Origin: Nemertoderma westbladi
Lineage: Eukaryota > Animalia > Xenacoelomorpha
Reading direction: 5' to 3'
NCBI GenBank assembly: GCA_032718475.1
Contig: JAUCBJ010005502.1
Location: forward strand, 1-57,538
Length of the DNA stretch: 57,538 bases
Of the stretch, positions 1 through 12,935 are shown in pieces (within the stretch, counting starts at the first letter, position 1; the number at the start of each line of letters is the position of its first letter). A program made the position numbers and the translations under genes. A model generated the notes under the pieces. That model was given only the letters and a program-made list of their open reading frames with translations, was not told the DNA's origin and did not search any database.

Positions 1-215
1 ACTTTATTATTTAAATAGACCATGTTCGTAGGCGGTGTCGCCGCAACGAGCCGGGCGCGGTTAAATTATTATTATTATTTTGTGGTGGTAAATTATTTGT
101 TGGTATAATGAATTATCGATTGAAATAAATATTATATAAATTTATTTATAGTATTATACATTATTATACACATATTTATATATTTATTACATTATTTTAT
201 TTATTATACGCGGAT

Positions 216-659
216 ATGTTGGGGGAAAATGAACTTGTGGTGGATGAAGTAGATATGGATGCGGAGGAAGAGGTGGAAGAGGAGGAAGATGAGGATGTGG
301 CGGCTGAAATAGCGAAGGAGAATGAAGCAATATTGGTGGCTATGTATGCGAGGGAGAAAGAAGAAGCGCGGTTGGAGAGGTTGTTAAATCCGAGAAACAA
401 GTGGGAGGAGATAGAGAAGAACCATTATTTGGAGGAAGAGGCGAGAAAGAACAGCGCGTGGGGTGAAGATTGGGAGTTGGAGATGGAGGCTGAGGGGGTT
501 AGGAGAGCGAGGGAAGCTGAGAGGTGTGCGCAGGAGAAGGTGATGAAAGAAAGGATTGAGATGTTAGAAGGAATGATGGAGGTGTTGGGTGATGGTGGTG
601 GTGGTAATGGTAATAATGCGGTGGATGTAGATAGCGAGGATAGTGGGATAAATGGGTGA
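216..659 (+). CDS. Glu-rich low-complexity ORF (147 aa), function unknown; may not be a real gene
   Basis: Purine-rich ORF embedded in AT-rich DNA; acidic, coiled-coil-like composition; no recognisable domain. Confidence 0.2.
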   Translation: MLGENELVVDEVDMDAEEEVEEEEDEDVAAEIAKENEAILVAMYAREKEEARLERLLNPRNKWEEIEKNHYLEEEARKNSAWGEDWELEMEAEGVRRAREAERCAQEKVMKERIEMLEGMMEVLGDGGGGNGNNAVDVDSEDSGING

Positions 660-740
660 GTTGGTGGAAGAAATTTTAAAATAGTAATGGTGATGGATTT
701 AAGTGTAATAATCAAATTTGTTGGTATAATGATAATATTA

Positions 741-1342
741 TAAATACAATAACCTTACTTCGCCGTAGCTCGCCCCACAACTCATTAATGGCGCCCATAT
801 GCTAAGGCTTCACTCGCTTCATGGCTCGCCCCATTTTTTCAATGTTGGAAAGGAATGAAGGGGATGTCGGGTGATGGTGGTAGTGGTAATGATGTTGTGG
901 ATGCGGAAGAAGATTGGGCAGATGGTGATAGCGGGATAAGCGGGTGGGGTGGTGGGAGAAATTTTTAAATAAAGCGGCGTCGGATTTAAGTAAATGATCA
1001 AATTAAAATAACCTTACTTCGATGCTATCACTCACTTCATGGCTCGCCCCATAGGTAGAATAATCAAATTAAAATAATATTATAAATACTATAACCTTAT
1101 ACTCACTTTGTGGCTCGCCCCACAACTTGTTGCGTAGTGATAAGTATAAATACAATAACCTTACTTCGATGCTATCACTCACTTCATGGCTCGCCCCATA
1201 GGTTGTTGCGTAGTGATAAGTATAAATACAATAACCTTACTTCGATGCTATCACTCACTTCATGGCTCGCCCCCCATAGGTAGAATAATCAAATTAAAAT
1301 AATATTATAAATACCTTATTCTCACTTCGCGGCTCGCCCCCA
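741..1342. repeat. Irregular tandem repeat, about 6 copies of aaatacaataaccttacttcgatgctatcactcacttcatggctcgcccc and variants
   Basis: Copies near 741, 1007, 1084, 1148, 1225 and 1310. Confidence 0.85.
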
Positions 1343-2139
1343 CAACTTATTGCTTGACAATATTGGTAGCCGCCGTTAGTCTGTATTTATTCACCTTTTT
1401 TTAGTTGTTGCGTCTGTAATAGTCTATCATGTTAAAGACTTTATTAAATAAATTGGAGATGAGCTGTTGCAACTGTAATTAAAGGTGTAATATTATGGGT
1501 TTGTTCACTTTATAAAACAAACATCTGCAACCCACTTACTATATCGGGTTTTACCTATTGCGGTTCAAGGTCAAACGCCGACCGGTAGACACGAATTAAT
1601 TAAATTACTTCCGTCTGTGGACTGGCCTTATACCGCGTATGTCACATATACACAGTGGTGACATATGTTACATATGCACAATGGTAACCATAGTAACCAT
1701 AGTAAGTGGGTGGGGCAACAATAGTAATCATAGTAAGTAGGCGGGGCAAGAGCCGTTCGGCAAATTCTTTAACATGGTAGACTATGGCAGACACTGTCAC
1801 AATCCCGGTGTTTAGCATACTACTCGTACTACATGTCCACCGTCGCCACCAATCCCGGTTAGTTTAACATGTGGACCTACTTTGTCATTTGATATTTTGT
1901 TTCAAAAACCCCTGGATTGTACATTTTCATTGAAAAATTATAATCTCTATTAATTCATTAAATATTACATATTAGTTACATTTGTCTTCTATTTTTACTC
2001 TTCTATCTATTATTTTTAAATTATTTAGGTCGCCAATTCAACAAGTTGGTTCTGCAAGGTGGTAGATGATCTCGATTGCAATGTGGTGGAGATTCCAAAG
2101 CATCCGCTGGTGCAGTTCTCTGCGGATGCCACTGCTGAA

Positions 2140-2312
2140 GGCTGAGGGTAGATGAGGCTGAGGCTGAGGCTGAGGCTGAAGGTGAGGGTGAGGGTGGGTG
2201 AGGTTGAGGGTGATGGTGAGGTGAGGGTGATGGTGAGGTTGAGGGTGAGGTAGATGGTGAGGGTGATGGTGAGGGTGAGGTGGAGGGTGAGGGTGATGGT
2301 GGGGTGAGGGTG
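2140..2312. repeat. Low-complexity (gagggt/gatggt/gaggct)n tract
   Basis: Directly visible hexamer repeats. Confidence 0.85.
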
Positions 2313-2773
2313 ATTTTGTAAAGTATTGAGGTTTAACAGTACAGGCTAAATGTAAAAATTTTAAATTTTAATAATATTTTAATAATTTTAAAATTTAAAA
2401 ATTGGATAACTTGATTAGGGAGTATATCTACATTTGGGAGATAGTGTGTTGACTTATGAGTAAAAGCTACTGTAAGAGACTAGTCCTTGCGTTCGCTCTT
2501 CTTAACTTTACAATATAACTTAACCCTCATTTAAAGTTTTAAAAAATATTTCTTAGTTGAGTAATTTTCTGAAATATATTATAGAAATTTCATGAATAAA
2601 TAGACCTAATAGTAATAATTATTGTGGATAAATAGTCCTAATACTAATATAAAAGGAAGTCAAACAACAAATAAATTTCAACCGCATCGTTCCAGTTAAT
2701 CCAGTTCACGTTCCACATAATAGGATCTCGACAATTAATAACTAACTTTTCTGACTTTGTGGTGGCTCTCCTT

Positions 2774-4007
2774 TCATAGACACTGGTAACTAGGAAGTGT
2801 TAATTGCTTTGGTAAGTAATCATTCTCATTAGTTAGTGATTGTAGTTTAGAAAGTGCTTCCAGCGCGCAATCTGTATCATCAATAGAGAATGCATAGACA
2901 TAGCATCGATCGGAAATTTCTAATGTGTCACAGTTATAGGCAGTATAAATCTTTATTCGTTCTGAAATTATTTCTTCAAAGTCAACCTCTTCGTGAGAGA
3001 TGCATGCAGGGTCTTCGTTAGATGAATCGAGCCATGAAATTTTAAGCAGTTCATTCCTTGTGAGTAAAAGTGAATCTCTCATGGAAACAATAACCTTCTT
3101 AGAATCAGCCATAACTCCGCTCGTGACTGCAATGTTTATTTTATTATTAATGTTAGCGATATAACCAAAAGTAGAATCATTGAAAGAAATATATTCATTT
3201 GATACTAAATTAGTAAGTGAAATTGGCTTGAGGCAAGATCGACAAATATTTAAATAATGTTGTAGTAGAGCAGTTGTAGTGTCTGAGATGGTTACCCAGG
3301 TCCCCTCTTCTATATCTTTGAGTTTTATTAAATCGATTGCTTTCAAGAGGTAAGTTTTCGAATAACGAGCAACCCTATAATTGAAGCTAAAATAATAAGT
3401 TTTTCTGTTGCTATAGAAACTAGTTATTTCATTTAAATGCTCAATAAAGTTACTACATCATATCCAAACATCTTGAAGAAACGACTTTCATCCTGAATGA
3501 TGTGAATCGAGGCATTTCAAATGAGAAGTAGAATTGAGTTTGAAACATTATGAAAATCAAACAGACACTCATCAGCAAAAAAGGAAGCTTAAAGAGTTGA
3601 CATACCAAGGAGCTTGTTCGCAGATTCTTGTGTTACATTGTCGTGGATATATTCAACTATCGTTGGAGGTATTACAATTGTTTCTGATGAGGTTGTTAGA
3701 TTAAAAACATTATTTTGTTCTTCAGTTTTTGAAGTTTGAAACCATGGTTGGAGGAATTATTATCATCGCTTGGCGGCTTATTAACATAGTTTGTTCTTTG
3801 GTAGTGTCCATTGTGAAGATTGTAGCAGGCATGGAATATAAAGTGAGCGAAGTTTGCTGGAATTAGAACGGGTTGGTTTAAAGTTGTATTTATCGTTAAC
3901 GGAAAGAGTTTGTTTGACGAATCGAAATAGAAGCCAAACAAGTTGTCTAGTAGCATAAACTGATTCTCGCTGCAAACCATCTCATTGATTGAATAGCTGA
4001 TCTCCAT
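2774..4007 (-). pseudogene. Decayed intronless coding region of unknown family (~400 codons)
   Basis: ORFs 4007-3696 and 3346-2774 are collinear, and the gap reads as protein-like sequence broken by stops and frameshifts. Confidence 0.4.
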
Positions 4008-4599
4008 TTGTGGTACTGTGAATAGGTAACTCGTTTTAAGAAATAAATAAATACTTTTAAGAAAAATAATTCAAACTTTTTAACAATACAACTTAAAATA
4101 TTCCCCAATGGGACAATCTAAGTTAATAATGCACTGCTTCTTTGCTAAAATTTTAGGAATATAACCACAACCACGTCCTTTGAAATAGGGATTGCGACGT
4201 GCTATTGGATTGAGGGAATAATAAACACATTTCATTGGGTTAATTAAATGTAAATCAATAGATACAATTGGAAATGGGGTGATTTGAAAAGCAGTGAGTG
4301 TGCCGGAGAAAAGTGCATATAGTAATGGGCATTAGTTTGGGTATGTTAATTAATGTTAAACTACAGTATCTGAAGAAATATTTTATGCAAGGCATGGCAT
4401 GGGCTTTTCCTGTGAGGGTAAATTATGTTTTGGGCCCCGCTACGTCGTTTTATTTCATTCTATCATTACCTACTACTGTATGACAAAAATAATACAAATG
4501 TACTGTATATTGTACTGTATGAATTGTTCCACTGGATGGATTGCTCCACCAGTAGAGGAGGGCCATTCAATTACGCGGCTCCAAGTATAGACAGCCTGG

Positions 4600-6236
4600 G
4601 GGGGCCATGGGTCGCGATATGGTTGAGCTGTTGACGTCGGAAGCCACAGCTTTTGTGGCTGGTTTGAGACATAATGTTGCGAATGCGCATTCCGAGCGGA
4701 TCCTCCTCGCAGACTCGCTGCTCCTTCACCGGGACCCCAGGGTCATCAAAGCTGCGGATATCCGATGCCTCCTCATCCGCCGACTCAAAATGTGGAGGTC
4801 AGGGCGGCTTGAGGCGCTGCTTCAGGAGGCAGAGCGCTGCTCCAGTAAAGTTGGATCTGGAAGGCAGACCAAAGCCAAGACCCCGGAGGAGGACAAAGAC
4901 CACATAGTTCGAGTTTTTACTCACCTGATGTTGGAGGGCAAAGTGAGGAGCGCTGTTCGGTGGGTCACAAATCGTGAGGGTGGGGGGGGGGGGGGGGGGG
5001 GGGCTGTTAGACCCAGATGATGACGCCATTGATGCTGAGGGAAGAAAGGTTAAGGTCATCGACCTTCTTTGTGCCAAGCATCCCCTTGCGTCCCCACCTC
5101 CACCTGAGGTCCTTATCCAACTCGATGAGGACCTCCCAGTCTGGGTCGACGTCGACGTTACTGCCTCCCACATAGAATCCTCCGCGCATCGACTCCATGG
5201 AGGTGCTGGACCTGCCGGCTCCGATTCAACCCGCTGGGGCGATTACCTCCTTTGTTATGGCGCTCACAGCGAATGCCTCCGGGACGCGGTTGCTGAGATA
5301 CCACGTTCCCTTTTCAATGCTGTCGTACCCTGGGAGTCAGTGCGCGCCCTGATGTCCTGTAGTCTGATCGCCCTGGATAAGTGCCCGGGGGTCCGCCCAA
5401 TCGGCATCGGGGAGTGTTTACGGCGGATTCTTGGCCGATCCTTGGCCGAAGCACCGGGGGATGACGTAACCGCGACCTGTGGCGCCGAGCAGCTCTCCAC
5501 CGGAACGTCAGCCAGCGTCGAGGCCGCCGTCCACACGATGGAGGAGTTGTTTGAGGACCACAAGGAGGATGGCTGGGGAGTTCTCCTCATCGACACGTCC
5601 AACGCGTTCAACTCAATGAACCGGACAGCCGCGTTGTGAAACGCTCATCAGCTGTGGCCCAGGTGCTCCCTGTTTTTGTTTAACTGCTACAGGGGGCACA
5701 GTATGGTAATTATTAGAGGGACCAACATGGTTTTATTTAGTGAGGAGGGAACCACCCAGGGCAATCCCCTTGCGATGCTGGAGTACTCGACCGGTATACT
5801 CCCCCTCATCCACCACCTGAGAAAGCCCCCCTCATTCAGAACTGGTTTTCCGACGACACAGTGGCAGCTGGCAGACTCCTCCTGATCCTGGAATGGTTCA
5901 GGGAACTGAAACGTCACGGCCCCACCCTCGACTACTATCCAGAACCCTCCAAGAGTTACCGCGTCGTAGCTCCACAGTACGAGGAGGAGGCTCATAGAGT
6001 TTTCGCTGGCCAGGAGATAAACATAGTATCGGGTCACCGTTTCCTGGTGGGTATCTTGGTGGGACTGCAGAGCAATTGGGTTACATTCAGGCCAAAGTTG
6101 CTGCGTGGGTCGCATCGGTTGATTGTCTCTCCGAGATGGCCGAGGCCCAACCTCAAGCCGCATTCGCTGCCATGGCCGGCTCCCTCCAACAGGAGTGGGC
6201 CTACCTCCAGCGCGTAAGCCCAGACTGTGACAACGA
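4600..6236 (+). mobile_element. CRE-clade-like (RLE-type) non-LTR retrotransposon, reverse transcriptase region, frameshifted and 3'-truncated
   Basis: Motifs ALDKCPGVRPIGIGECLRRI, LLIDTSNAFNSMNR, SEEGTTQGNPLAM, WFSDD (YADD-like) and YYPEPSKS; abrupt GC-rich block. Confidence 0.85.
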
Positions 6237-6871
6237 GACATCAAAGCAGTATTATTAAAAGCGAGAAATTGAATGGTTATTCTTAGAAAGACATCCTGAC
6301 AGTTGTATCGGCATTGAATGGGCACAAGGAAGTGCGACACTTTCCTTCTATCAGTTGATGGGTGATCCTACGAAATCATCAGATGACTTGCTGGTTCCCC
6401 AGCACAATAAGCTTTCGAGGAGTGGAACTATTCTGCCTACATCGCTTCTTGGAATGTTTGGTGTGGCAAACTCAATTGTAAAGCAAACTGTTACACCTAA
6501 TTTATCTACTACATCCCAGTGTCAAGAAGCTGATAAAGAACATCATCCAATTTTGCATCTGGAAAAAGGTTGGGCCTGGAATTTTATCATTATGGTCCCA
6601 TTTATTACTGCACTATCGAAGAAGTCGGCAGCTTACGCTGGCTGTTCACTGGTTCTTTATGGATATGGCAACGTGTGACTCCGTCTAGGTCGCAATGCCA
6701 AAACGGGGCTGCCAATGCCAGCACTCAAAGCGAGATGGTAGAAGTTGCAGCAGGATCTCGAGGTGTAAGTGTCAGCGTCGAGGGCGGCCTTGCAACAACT
6801 GCATCAGGAAGGTGTGACAATCCATGGAATCCGGACAGCAGCTGGGCTTCCAAACGAATAATGTCGTCCCT

Positions 6872-7080
6872 ATTAGTTTCGTTCGGGTTTAGTTATTAGT
6901 TTAGTTCGGGGTTAGTTTTAAATTCGTTTTAGTTTAGTTATTAATTAGTTTTAGTTTTAGTTAGGTTTAGTTCGGGTTTAGTTACAGTATTAGTTTAGTT
7001 CGGGTTTTGTTTAAGTTAATTTTAATATAGTTTCGGTTTAGTTATTATTTTAGTACGGGTTTAGCTATTATTTAGTTTTA
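6872..7080. repeat. Degenerate (ttagtt/ttcgggt)n simple repeat
   Basis: Directly visible. Confidence 0.75.
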
Positions 7081-8411
7081 ATCTACTGTACCAATCAACG
7101 TGCTACCGTTTGTGCGTTTACATAATTCAGAAATTATACATTTTTAATTTATTGTAAAATATTGTCTTATTTTCAAACTACGTAGGCCTGTATGTATAGA
7201 CTACTATGTATACTGACAGGTTTACATATTTTTATCCATTTATGGATGCCACAATATAAACTGGGGGGGGGGGGTAGGGAGCTTTTATAAGTGGTTTGGG
7301 TTGGGCACCTACAGAATAAGTCAATGTTTTCTGAAAAATGTTTACCACCAACCAATTTATCAATGAGATAAAATTATTGGGAACAACTCTAATTTTGAGT
7401 TCAGTGGATAAAATATATAAAGTTATCTAAAAACTCAGCTGTGAACGTGAAACTCACAGGAGGCAACCAGAAGACTCATCAAACTTGGCTGTTTTCTGTA
7501 AGGCAGAGAAGGCACCACACTTACTCCCAATGTTAAATACTCATTAATAGCCAACCTCTTTCTTTACTCCCCCCATATTCCCGATATCGCTGTACTAACG
7601 TACCAGTTACGAAATTTAAACTGATTCAGTCCGTGTTCGAACTCGGGATCTCTGATATAGAAGAGAATAGAGTAACTCCTCCACAATCTAGACAGATTCC
7701 AGATATGCAGTTAAATGGAGCAATAATGTTGTGTGTGATTATCTGGCGGTGATGTGCTGCCTACGGCAAGTATTGAATCAATAAATTACGGTTGGGGTTA
7801 TTTAATACCTGGCGGCAACATACTCCACGGCAAGTTCAATTATTGTAACATTATATATAGAGTATGTAGTCGGGGTAATATGTATCGAAGTTAGATTCTA
7901 TACGGAAGTATAAGATTAATAAATATGGTATCCCTATATTCATCTAGTAAACCCTTCACCATGGAGACCAGTAATTGACACCTTTGATCTCCTGCTTGGA
8001 GGTCCCCTGTTCCATCACGGGTCAGGTCAGTTACAATTACGTAACTGAAAAGTCGAAGCAGCGACAAGGGAACCTGGGATCCTTGGGGACTGAAGAATGG
8101 GGTTGGATGGTGAGAGTATTCAACTTTGGGAGTTAGTGTGGCGACCTCTCTAATTGTCTAACTGCCAAGGGAGAGATGTCTCCAACCCTTTCATATTTTT
8201 TCGTCGTTTGTTTTCTTATTATTGCCAGTTATTGATAAAAACGCCGATATACTTTGTGAATTAATTAACTAATTTTCAGCCGGAATAAAAATTAATAATA
8301 ATGTATCAAAAATGCTAAAGAAACCAATAAATAATATTGTTGTAACTAGAAATAACAATTCGGGTTTACGTTCAGTGCTGTTGCAACTCAGTTATTATAC
8401 TACAAGTTAAT

Positions 8412-8745
8412 CTTAATGTTATATTTTGTTTATGTTTGTTTGTAAATGTAACGGATATATTTGATTAAAGTTTAATCTGAAAATGAATTGGTTTATTTTG
8501 TTTCATTTATACGAAGATAAATTATACGAAATAATTGTCATGGAGACCATAGAATCATTTTTTTTATTTATAATATCTTGTATTTCTTAATGTTATATTT
8601 TGTTTATGTTTGTTTGTAAATGTAACTGATATATTTGATTAAAGTTTAATCTGAAAATGAATTGGTTTATTTAGTTTCATTTATACGAAGATAAATTATA
8701 CGAAATAATTGTCAAGGAGACCATAGAATCGATTTTTTTTTATCT
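8412..8745. repeat. Near-perfect tandem duplication of a ~174-bp AT-rich unit
   Basis: cttaatgttatattttgtttatg...ggagaccatagaatc occurs at ~8412 and ~8586. Confidence 0.9.
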
Positions 8746-8935
8746 ATAATAGCTTTTTAACCTTTTCGGTTAAACAGCATCTGTAATGATAAGATATATA
8801 TATATACTCGCTTGAGATATGTCGTCTGCATTGATAGGTTGTTTAGTTTCTAAACTCATAGTCTACCAACAGTCATGGGCTTCAAAAAATTCAGATTATC
8901 TAAATGGGGTTCCCTAAAATCAAAATAATCAAAAT

Positions 8936-10440
8936 CATATCAGCTGATATCCGTAACTAAGGAAATAACTTCATTCTGTACTGTACTGTACAGCAGTAGG
9001 CCTACCGAACCGATACAGTTGTTATCACAGTAGGCTATTATTACTGGTGTGGAATCCGGGAATGGCAAGGATGATGTTGGTCTTTTTTTTTTTTTTTTTT
9101 TTTTTCGGGAGGTATCTCAGCATATTTATTATTAAAACTAGTAAAAACAGCTGATACACATCAGATCACATAGCAACCACCACCAACAACCAGACAAATA
9201 TACACTGTTAAATTAGTACTACAGTCAGACAGTTAGTATATGATACTGTCTGACTGTCCTCCAAACTTGGAGGGTTGTTATCCACAGCCGCCTACGCCGG
9301 GTTGCAGTCGCCATTGCTGTGGATGATCAACTCCACATCGTACTGAACCGGACGCCTCTTAGCTGATCGGCAGCCGCGAAGGCACAGGAGGGCTGACCAC
9401 AAAAGGGCGAAACTCAACCTCCTGCGAACCCACACAACACACTCTGAATAGCGGACCTCGCGTTTGTCAGCCAGTTTCAACGCGAGACGCTTGATAAACT
9501 GTGTGGCTGACGGTGAAGCTCCACCAAACACAGAGAATATAAGGGGAGTGAAGCTGGCGTGCTCCACCTCCCTCAACTGCTCTTCGTATTTGAGCCTCAT
9601 GCGAGACTCGTGGTGTAGGTGAGATGCCGGAAGGGACATTGCGGCGTTGGTGTCCACCAGCGGGTTGAAGACAGACACGTCAATGAACGTTTTCCGGAAA
9701 CGGTTTCCCCAGAATCTGCTCACCGATACATCCAGCCTCGCCTGCTGGTCCGTCAAAGTCGACCGATGGCTGAACGTCTCGCCCGATATTGGCTGCAGAA
9801 GCGGTTCCACCCCAACGATGGACGATGTTGTGTTGGTCTAGTTTAGTTTGTGGTACTGACACAAGTCAAAGCACTGAGGATTAAATTGTGACAGATGATT
9901 ATTTGGTGTTGATGTAACAGATGACACTTCTTAATATATGGCTGCGACTGTACTGGTGGCAGTCATTGGTACTGCTACAGAGGTAGGGTAGAAGAAAAGG
10001 GATCTGTACCCTCAACTGGTAATGGACAAAGTTCTTTCTGTCTTTCAGAGCGAATACATTTCCATGGGATACATTTCCATAAACTGGTATATTATCCAAG
10101 TTGACAGATGCCATTTTTCTTCTACCCTACCGGTACTGATGGCTACCACGGTACAGCAGTACGTGTACAGTCGCGGCCATACTGCCATATATTAACAGTC
10201 GTCTGTCACATCAACACCAAATAACAGCCTGTCGCAATTTAATACTCAGTGTTTTGACTTGTGTTGGTACCACAAATTAAACTAGACCAACGTTGTCCTT
10301 GCCATTCCCAGATTCCATACAGCCATACTGGTAATTATAGCCTACCAGTACCATGATAACAATAACTGTATAATAACTCGGTAGGCCTACTGCTGCATGG
10401 TACAGTACAGAACATAATTTCCTTAGTTACAGCTGATATG
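8936..10440. mobile_element. Foldback/palindromic non-autonomous element interrupted by a retrotransposon insertion
   Basis: 8936-9083 plus 9840-9998 is the diverged reverse complement of 10114-10440 (e.g. catatcagctg/cagctgatatg; gtagggtagaagaaaa/ttttcttctaccctac). Confidence 0.8.
9083..9830 (-). mobile_element. 5'-truncated CRE-like non-LTR retrotransposon: restriction-like endonuclease domain, 3'UTR and poly(A)
   Basis: ORF 9810-9292 has ARLDV..FW...FIDVSVFNP...KYE...SFTPLIFSVFGG; 23-nt T run at 9083-9105; 9-bp target-site duplication tgttggtct at 9075-9083 and 9831-9839. Confidence 0.9.
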
Positions 10441-11039
10441 ACCCATTGCGAATCGTTGGTATTCATTAAAATGAACCCAGGGGAGACCTGACCGGGTGAC
10501 AATTTCCAGATAGCTTTTCATATTATTTGTTTTTGCACTTCTAGATAGTTACCATTTTAGTTTCCAGAGCAATGGAAATTGTCTATCATTTAACAATTTT
10601 TAATACCAATTTTGCTGGTACAATATAGAGAGCTTATTTACACAACTTCTCTACTAAATGGGTAGATGTAACCTCGCCCATCGGATTAATCGACCTCAAA
10701 AACACTTATCCCCAAAAAATGTATTTGTTATAAACTGATTTGATTTTTAAACAAAAACAAATAATTAATTACACCTAAAATCAATAGAGCAATCACAAAT
10801 AATTATATTATGTGAAAAATCTTCGCTAACATTAATTGAAATTATGAAATTTTCTTGAAGTGAAATTGTATAATTTTTTTACACCAGTAACAATGCCCAT
10901 AATCCAGGAACTCAAACTGATCCTGGTGCCGGTACCGAGGACTCCTCGGTACCGGCACCGGGATCCTCGGCGAGGAGGTTGTCTTTGTTTGTTTTGGGGA
11001 CTACAACCCCTCCCCTGTATCATAAACTCATCTACTCTC

Positions 11040-11671
11040 CACACAAAGGAAACTCTACCACGATCCGGAGATTCTATCATTTACTACAAAGTCGCGGTTT
11101 CTACAGACGGGAACCACATTGCATCGGGAGTCGAGGTACCGGGAAGGGAGTTAGTGGTTGGTGGGAGGGTGGGTGAATGGAGGGAGGGAATATATATAAA
11201 TCCCTCCAACCGGGACGTCATTGCAACATGTGGGTTCAACGGGGGGGGATTTCATTAATATCAATAACTGCTAGGAACTATAAGGTTACTAACTGGGAGA
11301 ACTATAAGGTTAGTACTAACTGGGAGGGGCATTCTGGGCGTGTTTACTGTATTCGGTTCAACTCGAACTGGTCCCAGTTGGCCAGCTGTTCGAGTGATAG
11401 TACAGTGAAAGTTTGGTGGACTGGAACACGAGAGCTTTTGTACGGGGCACAGTGGCAGAGTGGGGGAGGTATACAGGCTGGGTTGGGGACCGGGTGGGGA
11501 GTCTGTGGTGTCGGTAGGTGGGGGAGGGAGGATCGATCGCTTCGTTGTTGGTACAGGGGAGACCTTGTGGAGACAGGGTCCTGAGGATCGTAGGCATATG
11601 AATGGCCTCAACGGATGGGAGCCGCATCGAAGCTGTGGATTTCTGTAAAGATAAACGGCATATTATTACAG
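11040..11671 (+). pseudogene. WD40-repeat coding fragment, frameshifted
   Basis: GHSGRVYCIRFNSNWSQLASCSSDSTVKVW is a canonical WD40 repeat; neighbouring frames give further WD-like strands (VAVSTDGNHIASG, INPSNRDVIATCG); possible splice donor ag|gtaatt near 11671. Confidence 0.65.
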
Positions 11672-11962
11672 GTAATTAATATACTAATATAATAGGCCTC
11701 CTTTATTACAACAGTTACATTAATTAATTAGGAAGAGGGCCTAATTTAGTACTGTACTATCTATCGTAAGTAATAATCAATAGGGCTTATATCACTTAAA
11801 TGAATTCATTACAATTATTTTTCTCTAAATCAATTTAATTACCGATATTATTTTTTGTTTTGTATTAAACAGTTTTGTATTAAATTTTGTATATTTTGTA
11901 AACTATTTGTATATTTTTCTGTGGTTCCAAACAGCCAACGGTTTGATTGGATGAAATTAGCT

Positions 11963-12063
11963 ATTGCCCCATGGACAAATTTCCCCCAGGACAATTGCCC
12001 CCATGACAATTGCCTCCAGAACAATTGCCCCCCGGACAATTGCCCCTGAACAATTGTCTCCCG
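11963..12063. repeat. ~15-bp tandem repeats (ggacaattgccccc), MITE-like subterminal array
   Basis: About six degenerate copies visible. Confidence 0.75.
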
Positions 12064-12659
12064 ATCACAATTTTATTTAATGAATATATTTTAAATCTTG
12101 AAATCCTTTGAATGTTATCCTATAGTTTTATGAAATTCAAGTAATATTAACCTTGAGCAACACTTCTAAACTTCAAATTTTTTTTAGAAAAATCCAAGAT
12201 TTTTTTTTAGAACAATTTGATTTGATCACAATTTCTAAACTTATTAACTTTTGTGTTTTTAAAAATATGCAAAAATTTTTTCTATAATAATTTGATTGTT
12301 TTATGCTAGCTATAGATTTATATTTACTATAATTTCATATAATCTTGAAGTTATTGAAATTGCTATTTGAAAAAGTAATTTTCATTGAAATTATTATAAT
12401 GGAAAATTTAATTTCCATTTTTTATATAGGCCTACCAGTAGCTAACAGGTTTTACTTGCCCATTTTTTATTCAATCAGGCAGGTTACAGGGTTAACTTCC
12501 CACCATCTAGACGAAATTCCAATTCACTGTATACCTGGACCATCGCTAGACAATACATACCATTATGCAAGTTTGCATTGCCCCAATATGACTCAGGTAT
12601 CCCAGGTTTAATTAATAGGCGGCTTGAGATCGCCTCCATGGCCACATACTACCTGTCCA

Positions 12660-12935
12660 CCACCACCACCAATTCCAGTTAGTTTAACATGTGGACCTAC
12701 TTTGTCATTTGATATTTTGTTCCAAAAACCCCTGGATTGAAAAATTATAATTTCTATTAATTCATTAAATATTACAAATTAGTTACAATTGTCTTCTATT
12801 TTTACTCTTAGAGTTCTATCTATTATATTTAAATTATTTAGGTCGCCAATTCAATGCCTTGGTTCTGCAATGTGGCGGATGATCTCGATCGCGATGTGGT
12901 GGAGATTCCGGATCAACCAAGGGTGCAGTTCTCTG
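12660..12935 (+). repeat. Dispersed repeat, paralogous to 1846-2125
   Basis: Shared gttagtttaacatgtggacctactttgtcatttgatattttg...aaattatttaggtcgccaattcaa. Confidence 0.85.

Noticed and set aside
4982-5003. Programmed frameshift at the poly-G run in the CRE-like ORF
   Set aside because: Long homopolymers are prone to slippage and sequencing error, and the element has other disabling lesions
5687-6340. 217-aa minus-strand ORF and other antisense ORFs over TE or PA coding regions
   Set aside because: Shadow frames of coding sequence on the opposite strand; this one also crosses an element boundary
6872-7080. Interstitial telomeric repeat
   Set aside because: No run of a fixed telomeric unit such as TTAGGG or TTAGG; degenerate simple repeat
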